Positions 26,833-40,424 of a stretch of 64,000 bases of DNA are shown here, in pieces. How positions within the stretch are numbered: the stretch's first letter is position 1; every line of letters starts with the position of its first letter. Under the pieces are notes generated by a model that worked only from the letters and a program-made list of their open reading frames with translations, did no database searches and was not told the origin of the DNA. This DNA comes from the human T2T-CHM13v2.0 reference genome, Homo sapiens, in the NCBI RefSeq assembly GCF_009914755.1, contig NC_060929.1; one strand, given 5' to 3'. The position numbers and the translations under genes are program-made.

Positions 26833-28158
26833 TCAGGAAGACTTCGGACCAGCACACCTATCCATGGACTTTCTGCGTATCTTCCCATGGACATTTCTGG
26901 CTTCAGGGCAGTCGGACTTCCATGACAGCTCAGGATTCCAACCACGTGTGTGTTCCAGTGAACAAGGCAGAATTTGCATCACAATTTATGACTCAGTTTT
27001 GGAATTTATTCACTGTCACTTCTACCATACTTTATTATCAAAGCACCTCACTAATTCATCCAGATTCGAAGGGAGGAGGGTTAGTCTCCATCTCTTCACG
27101 AGGGAGTGGGAAGATCCCATTGTAGACGACCATGTGAGATGAGAGATATTGTTGTGGCCACTTTGGAAAATGCAATCTGTCACTACCCAGAACTTGAAGA
27201 AGAGAGCATAAAGCATTCAACAATAGATAGAAAGAGACTAGATGAAGAGCTAGACCTATGCCTTTCTTGGGTGGAGACAGATAGAGAGTTGAGTTCTCAC
27301 ATCCTGAGAAAGGTGCGAGAACTCTACTCACTGCTGAGTTAAAGCCCTGGCAGTGACAGTGAAGGAACGAGACCCAGGACATATCTAGGAGGATGCCAGG
27401 GATGGGGACCTGAGACTTGCTGCCCAGATACAGTTCAGGAGATGCTAGTCCCACAGAGAAGCTCCTTACCACCACAGTGCCAGTGTGGTAGAATGAGAAA
27501 GGCTGAACGAGATATCTAGGAAGACATGCCTGAGGGCAGCCACAGAAAACCCCTACCACTCTAGCACTGGTTGGAGACAGCACACAAGAGTTCTCCTGGG
27601 AAGTGTCCCCTGGGGACAGGGTGTGTGGATGTAGCCCTGAGAGAACCAAGGACATTGGCAATGGGGGCCAGCTCCTTGATAATTCTGCATTTTTAGTGCC
27701 TTTAACTGTGGTTTTTCAGTGACACTATTCTGAGGTTTGCTTTGTTATTTTTAAATTAACATTTGATTGATTAAAATTACAAATTTTAAAACCTACTTCT
27801 ACCTTTTGCTTTTAAGTGAAGCTTGTGAATAAAGTTTGCTAGTCTTGCAAACATTTATATTTGAACAATTACTTTTTAGGGGATTTTTGCTTAATATGTG
27901 ATCCATTTACAAAGTTAAATACATTTAAATATTGCAAATGACATTTATACTTTTAATATATTTATTTCCACTTAAAGGCTTTCCGCTTCATGTCCACTTC
28001 AAATTTCTAACTTCCAGAGTTAGAAATTTATTAGATTTAGAAGGACTACTTAAACTTAATATGGTGAACCTAAGTTATCTTAATTGTTCCAGTGCTATAT
28101 AAAACAGTAAGATTTTTACTTAAAAATAACAAGGTAAAATCAATTACTCAATTTTTAA

Positions 28159-28494
<336 letters not shown>

Positions 28495-29304
28495 CTGAGT
28501 GGCCATTTATTCTAAGTCCAGTTCTCTTAAACATTATAAACACATGAAATATAAAATATTTTATATACCCTAATATAAAACTCATATAAAATGTTAATAT
28601 TGTTGCTTGAAGTCCTCAAATATTTTTATATGTAATTCCAAATCTTTCCAGTTCCACCAAGGAAACCACTCTATAACCCCACACAATATTTACAGCTAAC
28701 CTTTTCAGCTTTCTTCTTCTTGCATTAGATCAAACAAGGGTCTGGGAGGCTTGGCAAGGACCAGAAGACCGTGGTGGTTGTATGCAGTGGACAACAGAGC
28801 TTTAAGGAGATGACCTCTGCCCTCTAAGTTCAAGTTATAAATGTCCTAATTCTATTGTCTGCTCAAAGAGATTGAGACTTGTATCGGGATTAGTGTTGAT
28901 TAAAGTCTCTTGAAAAAGATATTGATGTATTTTAAGAAGTAAAGAAATGCAAAATCGAAAGAGAAACTTGCATTCTTTCAGATCTGTCAGTCCTTTGGCC
29001 CTAAGAATAGTAACACGCTCTGTGGTGGAACTGTGCACAGCCCTCATGGCTTCTCCAATCAGTGAGTCATTCAGCTGACACACACTGAGATGAATTTTAC
29101 CTCCATGTATGCTGGCCTCTACTGACGACCACCATGGACCAAACAGCTCTGCCCAGGACCCTGCTATACTGTCCAGGAGCCTTTGTGGAATCACTAAGAG
29201 ATGCCTCTTCCTCCAAGTTGAAACCACCCCACACAGGGCTCCAACTTGAAGAGGTGAGCAGAAGGGAAGAACTGCAGCTTTTGTTTGCTTCCAGATCCAG
29301 GCAC

Positions 29305-29430
29305 TTTTTTTTAAGAGATGGGCTCTGGCTCTGTTGCCCAGGCTGGTCTTGAACTCCTGGACTCAAGAAATCCTCCCACTTCAGTTTCCCAAAGAATTGA
29401 GATTACAGGGGTGAGCCATTGTGCCTGGCC
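29305..29430 (-). mobile_element. FLAM_C-like Alu monomer
   Basis: Single left-arm monomer. TSD tccaggcac at 29296 and 29431. Confidence 0.88.
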
Positions 29431-29774
29431 TCCAGGCACCTTTTGAGAGGCAAACAGCACAACTGCCCATGGCAGCTCTGCCCTACCTCTTTGATTCCAG
29501 AACTGAGGATAAGACCCCCAGTCTCTCAGCAACCCCTGCATAGAAGGGAAGGAGAAAAGAGAGAGGGACAATCCTGAATTAACTGTTTACTCAAAAGAGA
29601 CTGAGAAAATTCAGAACTGCCAAACTACTCTGATTGGACAAGAATAAGATTCTCTAGAGAGCACAAATCGGGGCTCAAAAGCAAGGTTTTCTATAAAGTA
29701 CATCTTGCATATAGATCACAGTCCTTAGCCTGTCTGGATCTCAGTTTCCACATCTGTGAAATGGGATGTTCTCT

Positions 29775-29935
29775 AGACCAATGCTTCTCAAATGTTATTA
29801 TGCATAGAAATCAGCTAGGAATCTTGTTAAAATGCAGCTTCTCTTCAGTGGGGATAATGCAATGAATGTCTGGGATTCTGTATTTCCAGCAAACTCTCAA
29901 TTATTTCAACCCCCTGGACCACACTTAATAAGTGG
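29775..29935 (+). mobile_element. MER5A-like MITE
   Basis: caatgcttctcaaa...gaatcttgttaaaatgcag...ggaccacactt. Confidence 0.7.
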
Positions 29936-30569
29936 AGACAATTCTAAGATCTGCCACACTATGTTTACAAATTATCTGTTGTGAATAAACACCTAATTGT
30001 CTTATGCTGAGGACCTGACCTACAAAGCTAGAAATCACTTTTTAGATGAGCTCTATGTCTAAGAGCCATAAAGCTGCAATGGTTCTCTATTTTTGAAAAA
30101 GAATGGCCCTTCTCTCCCCTCTCCAGTTGCCTCCTATCCTCTCTAACCGCAATGCCATCCTTTTTTTTTCTTTTATTCATTTCACGATATCTGCAGCAAA
30201 GAGAAAAAAACAAAAGACAGTGCCACCAGAACCAAAGCTGAATGCTTGAGAGAACCTTCAGAAATATGCTTAGGGGAGGATAAAAATATATCTTTTGATA
30301 AACTTTAAATGGGTGATTGTGGAGGGTGGGCACGGGGACTGATGAACATTTTAGAGAAAACTGAGTAGATGGTGAAATATCTTAATGAAACGTGAGCATT
30401 AAACACTGAGACCACATATCCTGTTGACCAGTTCAGAAAATATGTTTTGAGACGAAACATTTGAAATAGCGATTGTCTCAGAAAATCCATAGCGAAAGGT
30501 CTCTGCGATGTTGATTTTATAGCAATTGTCACTCTTCTTCCCAGCAGGGGTGTGGGGGAAATACATAGA

Positions 30570-30665
30570 CTGCATACATGCACACATACACGTATACTCA
30601 CACATGTACATATGTATTATACACACATACACCATATGCTACACACACACATACACACACACATT
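30570..30665. repeat. (CA/TA)-rich microsatellite
   Basis: Imperfect alternating purine-pyrimidine run. Confidence 0.8.
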
Positions 30666-31669
30666 CTCTTTTTTAATTGGCAAGGAACTAAAAACAAAAT
30701 AACCAAGGAATGTCTTTTAATAGAAGCCTCACTTCCTTCCGCACAAACTTGTTAAGACTCTGTTAGTTACCTCCTCTCCTGCCCACCCCAAGAGACCCCG
30801 TGTGCTGTGATAGGCCTCACTTTGGTTGCTGTTCCCCAACAGACTTAGAGTCCTGAACCTGGGTCAGGCTCCAGTGCACAGAAGCCCACACAGAAGCCTG
30901 GCAGCTTCCCCTCAAACTAGAGCATCATGAAAAGGCAAGCAGTGGGGCTCCACCTTCCTTTCTCCAAAGGTTTCAGTGGGACATTGAGCCAGGCTTGCTC
31001 TTAGGGCTCCTGGGCCAGGGGTACTCCCAACCCCCAATTAGAGCAGCCTCTGTTCAGTGCCAGGACAGATAGCAGTGTCAGTCACCCACTCTTCCGCTCT
31101 TCCCAGTAGGAAACCTCATGTCGAGAGTACAAACAGATCCTCCGAGTTTTGTCACCTGCTCAATAATAAAAATGGGCCTAACTGACAAGGTTAAATGACC
31201 CTGGGCCCATGGTGCAGGGGCAGCAGCCCCTAGTCTTTGGATGTGCTTCTTTAATGATTGTCTTTAATTCTCCTAAGGAAAAGAGGATGGTTCTCCTCCC
31301 AGTTTCTGATTTTCTCTTCAGGTTTTTGATTTGGTATAACCTTAATAATTTTCCTGTGGCATCAGTGAGGGAAAATATCCATCTTGGATTCTGAAACACC
31401 CACTTCTAAATCAAAGAAACCTGTTTTAGAGTTTGTTTGTATTTAGAAAGCTAGTCCTTCCTCCCTCCTTCCCTTCCTTTTTTTCCTCTTCTCTCTCCCT
31501 CCCTCACTCCACACACATCTACCACAGGACAAAGATGAGTACTAGGCCTTATGAGACACCCAAGACACATTTCCTTTACTGGATTGTAAACTACTTGAAG
31601 GCACAGTTAAGACACAAATACAAATGTTTCCAATCTAAACAGCCTAAGAGAGTTGTTAATGAGATTTCA

Positions 31670-32170
31670 GAAAAAGGAGTGATAACAGCTAGTTGGAGAT
31701 AATTCAGATTAGAAAGAATCCGAGAAGACTGAAAACTGATGAATGGGGCCTTACGTGCACAGGAAGTCATCTGGCATTCCTAGAAGAAAGGCCCAAGTAA
31801 AGCCAGTCGCCAGAAAATCAGGGGCTGCCTAGGGAATGGCGCATAGTTCACTCAAGCTGGAGTGTATGTACGTGAAGGATATAAAGATGGGGAAGTATAT
31901 GGTGGCCAGAAGGTCTGGGTGCCAAACTAGGACGTTTGATGTCATGGGTCTCCACTGCAGTGACATTACCCATCTGGCCTTGGGAGGACTCATTTGGCAC
32001 TGTTTTGTAGAATGGACTTGGTGGGAACTGAGGGAAGAAACATCAGTTAGAAAGCTAAGTGGGGCATGATGGGGGCTGGAGTTGAGAAGATGACATTGGG
32101 AATGGACAGGAGGTAAAGGATGGACTAGGTAGATGGAACCTGGGGACTGGTTGGATGGGGGTATGTGAAT
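31670..32170 (-). mobile_element. L2 fragment
   Basis: Purine-rich antisense L2 motifs such as catgatgggggctggag and ggggactggttggatggggg. Confidence 0.55.
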
Positions 32171-33804
32171 AGGCGCAGGGAGTAAACACTGACTGCAAGG
32201 TGGCAAGCCTGGGCAGGGCTGGTCCTGCACCATCAACCAGGTTGTGCACTTCCCAGCTCTGGGGATATCATGCACACAGCTACAGTACAAATGGCACCCA
32301 CCCCCAGCCATCGGGCAGCCAGAGTTTGTGAACCTGGCTGACTGCGAGGAAGGCAGCACCAGAAATGGAGATCAGAGCAGACAGGAAGAGGAATAAACCC
32401 TGGAGGAAGTACATGTGGGCAGAAGCACTTATTAAGAGAAACAGAAAAAGATAATGAGTTTAATTTTGGATGTATTAGAGAACGTTTCCACATTAATGGT
32501 TATGAGAAGAAAAGAGTCTATATCAAAAGCTAGAAGAAGGGACTCCTTGACAAGAAGGATGCTCCTGTCTAGCTCAGCCTCCCAGACCCTCCTCTCTCCT
32601 GCCCGTGCTCCCCATGTCTCTGGTCACAGTATTGAATTAGAAGCACAGCTGACAAGTGTGCAAGGTTCAGAAACCCCAGAGTTACACTGGGTAAGAAAAA
32701 CAGGTCAGGGAATGCACTCAGAGCCTAGGCAGAGGGGAGGCAGGGCCCATGGCAGTATTCAGGCAGTACACAGAGAAACATACCTGTGCACACCTGGGGA
32801 GAGAGAAGCTCCTGGAGTTTAGAGACCATCTTGCCATCATCCCATGGAAAAATGTCAGGTTCTCTTAGGATCCCAATCCCTCATTTCCTCAGTAATGATG
32901 TGTGCAATTGTTGCTGGTGGGTATGGGATGGGTGAGGTGGAGTAATGAGTAGGAGGTTGATTTCAAATGGAAACTCTGAGCTGTTTTCATCCTGGGAATC
33001 AGACATGCCTCAGCATATTCAGAAGACTCAGGCTTGCAGAGACTATCTGGCATACTTTCTTCTCTCTTCCTTTGCATGAGGACAAGGACACTTGGGTATG
33101 ATTCATGTTATTTGATTTAAGGTAAATATGTTGGGGCCAGTGTAGGGAAAGAATATTTTGAGCACAGGAGAGTTGCTGTAAGAAGTCATCCCAACAAGAC
33201 TAATGTCCTGTGAATCAAAACTGTGTCCCACGGAAGACAGCCCTGGGGCTAAGATGCCTGTGGATTGTGGCAGCATTGAGCAGTCCTGGGTAACACTGCA
33301 GTCATGCCCCAGGTAGCACAAATTCTGGCATTTATTAAATGTTCAATATGGAATAGGCTTGCACAGATCCTGGTACAAGGAAAGTATCCATTTAAATATT
33401 TTCTTTTATTATCATTGCTTCTTTCCCAATAGTTGGGCACTGTTATTATTCTCATTTCACAGATGGCAGAGAGGGGTTAGGCCACCCACCCTCCCACAGA
33501 GATACCAGCTGGCGTGTGACAGAGCTGGATGCTGATCCCTGCGCTCTCATCCACCACGCAGTGTTCCATGGAACTGAGAGCAGCCTGAACAATGAACTTT
33601 GTTCATCAGCAGCATCAATTGCTGGTGATATTATCATGAGGAACTCATTTGGTAGAGGTAGAAGTTTTCTAATCAGAGGCATCAATGCCTAGAGCAGAAG
33701 CAGAGCAAAGATGGCATAAGGTAGGTGAAAGGTGCTCAGGTTCTCCTTGGGGTCTTCCAGAACTGGTTAGAGAGGAAACCAGTGGAACTTGAGCATCATA
33801 CATT

Positions 33805-34260
33805 AATTATGATAAGATTGAGCTGAGAGTACAAAAAAACTCCAAAATAGCAGTGGCTTAAACAAGTCCAGGTAAGTGTTCCAAAATCGATAGGGCAGAG
33901 TCCTGAACCTCAGAGACCCAAGCTTCTTCTACCTTGTTGCTCCATCATCCTTGGCATAGCTTCTGTGCCTGGCACAAGATGGATACTTAAGCCTCCACTG
34001 TACGTCAACATTCCAGCCAGCAAGAAGATGACAAAGAAAAGAGAATAGCATGCTCCCTCTTGTGATGACGCTTCTCAGAAGTTGCACACAGCACTTCTGC
34101 TTACATCGTATGGACTGGAATTTAGTTACACATCCAATCTAGCTTCAAGTAAGGCTGTGAAATGTAATCTTTATTTTAGGTGACCAGGAGTCCAGCTAAA
34201 AATCCAGGAGCAATAGAAAAGAATATAAATGAATAATTAGAAAAGTAGCCATCCTGCCAT
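33805..34260 (-). mobile_element. MLT1J-like LTR
   Basis: cagtggcttaaacaag...gaagttgcacacagcacttctgcttacatc...aggctgtgaaatgtaatctt. Confidence 0.7.
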
Positions 34261-34795
34261 ACAACCTAACCGGGATTTTCCCCTCCCTAAGTTCCAGGCT
34301 CATGACTGTCTGTCCTGGGGTCAGCTCTAAGAAAGTGACTTTGGGATACTTTGTCAGATGCAAAAGCTCAGGAGCTGGAGACCAACAAATGAATGGGTCC
34401 TGAAAGGGTAACCAAGAAGACCTTATGTTGGCCTCAAGGAATTTACTTGTATTGCTTATTTCTTTTATTTTCAATCCTTCCTTTGAAAAAAGTTTAAAAT
34501 TGATTTTAGAACTACACAAAATGAAATGACAGTCTACATTTTACAGTAAATTAAATAAAAGCTAATATCATATACTTTATCTTATTTTGTTTTATATCTT
34601 TTTATTTTTTCTAAGAAACTGAGAAATGGGTTGTGTGATTTTGCAGAACTTATTTGTTAAAGAACTGAATCATAATTGCTAAACTAAGAAATTCTTGCAA
34701 AACTACAGGTAAAGGAAGGTGAGGGCACGTGTACACAAATGCTCGAAAAATGGTTATAGAAATATTTCTATCGGGAAGGTAAAATTGTGAGAGGG

Positions 34796-34991
34796 AAATT
34801 GGCAGAGCATGGTGGTGTGCGCCTATAGTCTCAGCTACTCGCGAGGCTGAGGCACAAGAATTGCTTGAATCTGGGAGGCAGAGGTTGCAGTGAGCCCAGT
34901 GAGCCAAGATCATGCCACTGCACTCCAGCCTGGGTGACAAAGTGTGACTCTGTCTCAACAACAACAACAACAAAAAAAAAAAAAAAAAAAA
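34796..34991 (+). mobile_element. Alu right arm (5'-truncated AluS) with (CAA)n/A tail
   Basis: Right-monomer sequence with a 9-bp tandem duplication cagtgagcc. Confidence 0.9.
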
Positions 34992-35249
34992 TTTGTGTGT
35001 GTGGGGAATTTGAAGATTTTTAGATATTTGAGTAAACTTTTAAATAAACATTTGTTTGCCACGATCCCTTTCAGTCCCAAGTGGTAGTCCTTCATATCTA
35101 GCTCCAGGCTCCCATTGTCCTGAAATATTTTGTCATTTACTATCTTTTTTCCCAAAGGAACACACCCTGGATTTGCCACTATTTTCCAGATGCCCAAACT
35201 TGAAGCCACCTTCAATCACCAAATGGTAATAACCACTCGCCATATTAAC

Positions 35250-35490
35250 TGCATCAACCACCGTGCAGGAGCCCTATAGTGGAGAAGCAGGGGAATAAGT
35301 GCCTTGACTCCACCCTCCTTCCTCCTTTCCTCTTTTCTCAGGCTCTGCATCTGCTGAGCACAGAGGAAGACAGACAGAAAGGGAGCCTCTTGATATAGCC
35401 CATGCAGGTGACCTTCCTGGACACAGAGCAGGGAAAAGGGAGAAGCAGGGGAAGTGTACATGATGGGACACACTAAGAGGTCACCAACAC
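35250..35490 (-). mobile_element. LTR33-like fragment
   Basis: aagggagcctcttgatatagcccatgcaggtgaccttcctggacacagagcaggg. Confidence 0.6.
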
Positions 35491-35609
35491 ATCTGTTTCT
35501 GTGAAATGTCTCACAGACAACACAGCCTCTTCTTCCCCCTCCTCATGCACATAATATTCATTGGAAGTCTAATTGTATCCTTTTAATTATCTCTGGGCAG
35601 TATAATATA

Positions 35610-36050
35610 ATGGATCATAATAGCTAACATTCATTGAATATTTAACATGGGCCATGCACTTGAGAAAACACGTTCACAGATTAACTTATTTAATCTTCAT
35701 AACAACTCTGTGATGCAGATAAAGTATTAATTTCCAAGGGCTTGTTTTTAATAAAGTAAGAATAAGGAGAGGCCAGAAGGATAAATAATTTGTCCACAGT
35801 TGCTTCTGAGATAAGTTATATTTAAAAAAAAATCAGGACAGCATCTTAGCAGGTAGTAAGTGCTAGAACAATTTTAGCCATGATTATTAATGTATATCTA
35901 CACAGTTACTAATCCTAGTCATAACAATTCTTTGAGGGAAATATTGTCATCATCACTTTGCATATGAAGAAAACAATGCTCTGAGAAGGCAGGTCACCTG
36001 CTGGCCAGCGCAGTTCCTTGGACAGTGGCGGGCCTCTTGGTGCCACATCA
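35610..36050 (-). mobile_element. Two MIR fragments
   Basis: ataatagctaacattcattgaa...tttaatcttcataacaactct and tttgcatatgaagaaaac. Confidence 0.6.
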
Positions 36051-37817
36051 CAGCTTCTGTTCATTCACATTCTGTTCATATCACATTCTGTTTAGCATGA
36101 ATGTGATGTGAACATCATATCTACCATCTACCTGGTGAAACTGATGATCACCTTTCCAGGCCTGTCATTTTCCCAGTTAGATATTGACAGGCCAACATCT
36201 CAATTACATTGCATTTAGTCTGCCTGGAGTTTTTCCTAAGCTCTAAATGATTGTCAGAGAAAGGAAAGCTTGGGTTTAGCCACCGTTGGCATCTCTTTAA
36301 TTTTGATCCTAATAGGTACTCAAATCTGCAACACTTGCAAGATTTTTTTAAAATTTGTCTTAACTTTATTCTTTATTTTATTGTGAAAGAGTAAGTACGC
36401 TAGCCTAGCTCCAATCACAGCAGAGTTGAAATAACCCTCGCCTTGGAGCGTTTTCCATGACCAGCCCTCCACCACCTAGCTTTTATTTCCTGTGGTGAAA
36501 TGAGATGTTTCACAATGCTCACACAGGCTGTGCCATTCTGCCCCTGTGAAACTTTTTTCTTCTGCTGTGATCTGGAACCTCTTGATTTAAAATGCATAGA
36601 ATCCCTGCTGGCAGAGCAGGTTAAACCCAGCCTAGACATTTTAAGATTTAAGCCTCAGCTATCTGGAAGAAAACTAATGGTGAGTCTGGACTCATACCAG
36701 AACAATTTTAGGAGTTCTATACTGGTACTGAAGCAATCTTGCTGGACTGCTTGGAAATGAATCTGTTATGTTCTGAATTCTGTTATCTTGGACAAGAGAT
36801 TTATCTTCTCTGGGTCTCAATTTCATTCATCATTCACTCACTCACTTGTTCAAGAAAACTTCTTCGACACCTACTCAGGCAATAAAAGTCCAAAGTAGAA
36901 TTAGACTCAAATGGCATCATTGAGCATAGCTCTAGAATAAGGATGTTGAAATAGATGATGACAGAAGTTGCTTCCAAATCTAACTGTTGACAAGTAGAAG
37001 ATTCCATATGTGGAATAGGTTAGTAGGGTTCTTTCTCTGTCTATCATACAAGCTCCCCTGGGATGTGGTCTTGCTCCATCCTGGAACTGGGAATGGTAGG
37101 AAATGGCAGTGATTCATACGTGCATGCTAAACAACCATCTCTATTGCAAAAGCCCCTGTCCCAGGCAGAGCAAAGGTCAACACAGCTGACCTGAAGCAGT
37201 TTGAATAAATAGGCAAGATCTCAGTCATTGTTCTAGGGATGGCTCAGCCCTCTAGATTGAGAGATCATCAGTTTTCATTAAAGTGTTAACATATTTTTGA
37301 AGGGATGCAGTTTGCCGGTGGACATCTGAAACTGGGTGCAGAGTTAAAGAGTGCCACATGCCACTGCATCTGCTTCAAATTATGTTCTCCAGAAGACAAA
37401 AATACAGCTCCATGAGTCTAAAAATACATCTTAGCTGTTAGCCAAAAATGCATTTATTCTTGGATTCATAAAAATGCAGGCCATGTGAAATATGTGGGGG
37501 GCATGCACTCTCATAGAAAAAAAATTGACCAAAGAGAAGAAAAAGTTAATATAAACCTTAAGTATCCTTTATTGAAAGAAAGGGGAGAAGGTGGAAATGA
37601 TGAGGCTTTGGAGTGTGACTGGGAAGCGGAACTAGGAAAGCTGTGTCTTCAGGGGGAAGAAGGCTGCTAGGACCAGGCTGCCTTCTGCCCCCATCCCATC
37701 CACAGGAAGGCCCTGAGCAACTGTGGATTGGGACTTCACTTCTGCCCACTTGGGGGAATTAGTAAAGCCAGTGGCAAGGACCCATCGCAACCCCAAATCT
37801 TGGCATCATGGTCTGTG

Positions 37818-38131
37818 CAGAGCTTCTCCAAGAGTCTGTGATTAGGAACCAGTTTGTTTGTTTTTTTCTTCCAATTCATGTGGACCAAGATTTTTATAAA
37901 ATATAATAAGAATGAATTACTTTAAAAAAAGAAATAAAAATGACATATAAAAGAAGCCCCATTTTAAAATTAATAGATTAACAGATATAAAATTATCTTT
38001 CAAAATCAGAATGAACATGGTAAAAAAGGAAAGAATTACCATGAGACATTTCTCAACATGTAGTCTCAATATCTGCATTTATTTCAACATGGATCAGGAA
38101 CAGTCTGAGCAGCCCACATTCAATAGCACTG
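37818..38131 (-). mobile_element. hAT-Charlie non-autonomous element (MER5C/Charlie4-like)
   Basis: ataaaatataataagaatgaattact, aagccccatttt and terminus ccacattcaatagcactg. Confidence 0.55.
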
Positions 38132-38268
38132 GTGTGGCAGAGTGTGGATCTGAGAGGTTTTCAGCCCAACTCCACACTTGCTAATGGTGTGCCATTGGCC
38201 ACATAAGCCTTTCTAAGCCTCTGATGGAAGAATAGCGGTAAAGGTCAGCTATTATTTCCATTACCATC

Positions 38269-38781
38269 TATATTAGTTTCCTATTGCTGCTGAAACGAAT
38301 TACTACAAATTTAAAGGCTTAACACAAATGTATTCTCTTATAGTTCTAGATGTCAGAAGTCTTAAATTGGTTTCCCTCAGCTAAAATCAAGGTGTCTCTA
38401 AGGCTGTGTTCTTCCTGGAGGCACTAGTGGAGAATCCATTTCCTTGTTTTTTCCACCTTTTAGAAACTACCCTCATTCCTTGGCTTGTAGCTCCTTCCTC
38501 CATCTCCAAAGTTGGTGGCATAGCATCTTCAAATCTCTCTTTGGCTCTCACCTCCTCTTCTTCCCTCTTCCACTTCAATGGACCTTTGTTGTTATAAAGT
38601 CCACCAGTATATAATCTAGGAGAATTCCCTTATATTAAGGTCAGCAGATTAGCGACCTTAATCTGCAACATTAATTCTCCCTTGCTGTGTAATTTAACAT
38701 ATTCCTATTGAGCATATTCAAATTCACGGGGATTCAGATGTAAACATCTTCAGGGAGGGGGTCATTATTCTATTTACCTCA
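38269..38781 (-). mobile_element. MLT1D LTR
   Basis: tattagtttcctattgctgct...gctaaaatcaaggtgtc...ttaaggtcagcagattagcgacctt. Confidence 0.85.
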
Positions 38782-39299
38782 TATCTGATGTCATTTACTC
38801 AGCCACATTTATTGAACACTCACTCCACGCAGATAGAGTTCTAGGCTTAAGGAATATAACCGGATAAAGGCTGAGATAGGCCCTGAGTTACAGAATATGT
38901 TACTGAAGAAGACCAACATTACACAAATTATTAAGTACTAAAAAGGAGAAGTATAGAGTATTATAAATGCATTCATTAGAAATCTTGATGTCAGCTGAGG
39001 GGGAAAGTGTTTAATAAATATCTATAGATACAGGGCACTACTCTGCATGTACATTAACAAAAGAACATAATTTAATGAAAAGTATTATAACAATTGTTTC
39101 AGACCACTTATATCAGAAAAACTTGGGAATTTTATTAAGACTATCAAGATTTCAGAATATGAAGCCCAGAAATTTACATTTTATGGAAACACATTTATAT
39201 TTGATACATCTACTACCTCACTGCCCTCCCTCTTCCCCTCCCCACACCATTCGCGCAATGAGTCCTTTCCACAGTACAGTCTGAGAATCAGGATTTTAG

Positions 39300-39462
39300 T
39301 GTAGTTTCCCAAGCTTGCCTAATCAAGAGAACCACTGAGGCTTGCAGACCAGGTGCCCTCTACCAGGCCTACTGAATTAGATTATTTAGGAGGGGCATCT
39401 GGGACTCTGTATTTAAAGGCATTTACATAAGTCTTACGATCTGACAAGTTTGGGAAACACAA
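39300..39462. mobile_element. hAT MITE (MER117/MER5-like)
   Basis: Terminal inverted repeats gtttcccaagcttg / caagtttgggaaac. Confidence 0.7.
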
Positions 39463-39589
39463 GTGTAGTAAAAACCAAAAAATAAAAAAATAGCCAGTGG
39501 CCAGGGAATCAAGAAGTTTAGCTTCTAATCCCAGGTCTTCTACTTTATCACCTCTCAGAACTTAAGGATCTACATTTGTAATATTCAAG

Positions 39590-39815
39590 CAGTCATTCTT
39601 GAATGGGGAGATTTTGGCTCCCAGGGCCAAAATTGGGCCTTGTCAGAAGACGTTTTTGATTGTCATGACCATGGGCGAGGAAGGGAGGTGATACTGGCAT
39701 CTAATGGGTAAAGCCCAGGAATGCTGCTAAACATCCTACCATGCACAGGGCAGCTCCCCACAACAAAGGATTATCCCAACCAACATGTCAACAGTGCAGA
39801 GGCTGAGAAACACCA
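39590..39815 (+). mobile_element. MER20
   Basis: tactggcatctaatgggta...atgctgctaaacatcctaccatgcacagg. Confidence 0.88.
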
Positions 39816-39819
39816 CATA

Positions 39820-40193
39820 GAAGTGATTTGTTAGGAAGTGTTCCCAGGTAGAATCCACAAGGGAGAAGGAAAAGGAAGGATAGGAGGCCAATCAAGGGTG
39901 AGGTGTCACGCTAAGTCCCATAGGGAGTCTCTGGAAACAGTGCAGTTCTCACTGAAGTTGTCCTGATGAGCGGCAACAGAGCTGGGGGTATTTATACCCT
40001 TGTGTAGGTCAGTCACTGATTGAGGACTGCTCCCTGTTTCAGTTCTCTAAGTGCAGGCAAAGCAGGCTCTGGAGCCTTTTTGGGGACCACCCCAGTCAAA
40101 GCCCCAGGTACAGGCTATTGTGAGTAAAAGAACACAGGGGGCCTGTAAGGGAGATTCCTAACCTAAGGCAGAGCATTGACAGGCTCAGCTACA
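39820..40193 (-). mobile_element. LTR16-family LTR
   Basis: aagtgatttgttaggaagtgttcccagg...gagctgggggtatttataccc...gtcactgattgaggactgctccc. Confidence 0.65.
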
Positions 40194-40424
40194 CAGGAGC
40201 AGTAGTTTTCCACTGCTGCTTTTTCACTGCACATCTTTAGTAGATAGAATGCTTTTCCTGGAAGTTCAATATACAGCACTGCTAAAAAGACATGCTGGTT
40301 AAAGAAGAGGAGAGTGAAGCCTGTCTCCTTCTCCTAAGTTCCTCTTCCCCAGTTCCTCCTCCCTTGACTTAAGAGACTCTCCTCCACAGACTTAGAGCTT
40401 CTTGGAAGACACGTATTGGGCCAC

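Noticed and set aside
27056-27661. 201-aa minus-strand ORF
   Set aside because: Starts at TTG, runs into the MLT1G LTR, and is antisense to the fossil terminal exon. Best explained as a shadow frame.
36414-36571. 11-bp inverted repeat atcacagcaga / tctgctgtgat about 135 bp apart
   Set aside because: Length and spacing are within chance expectation for 64 kb, and there is no TSD or continuous stem.
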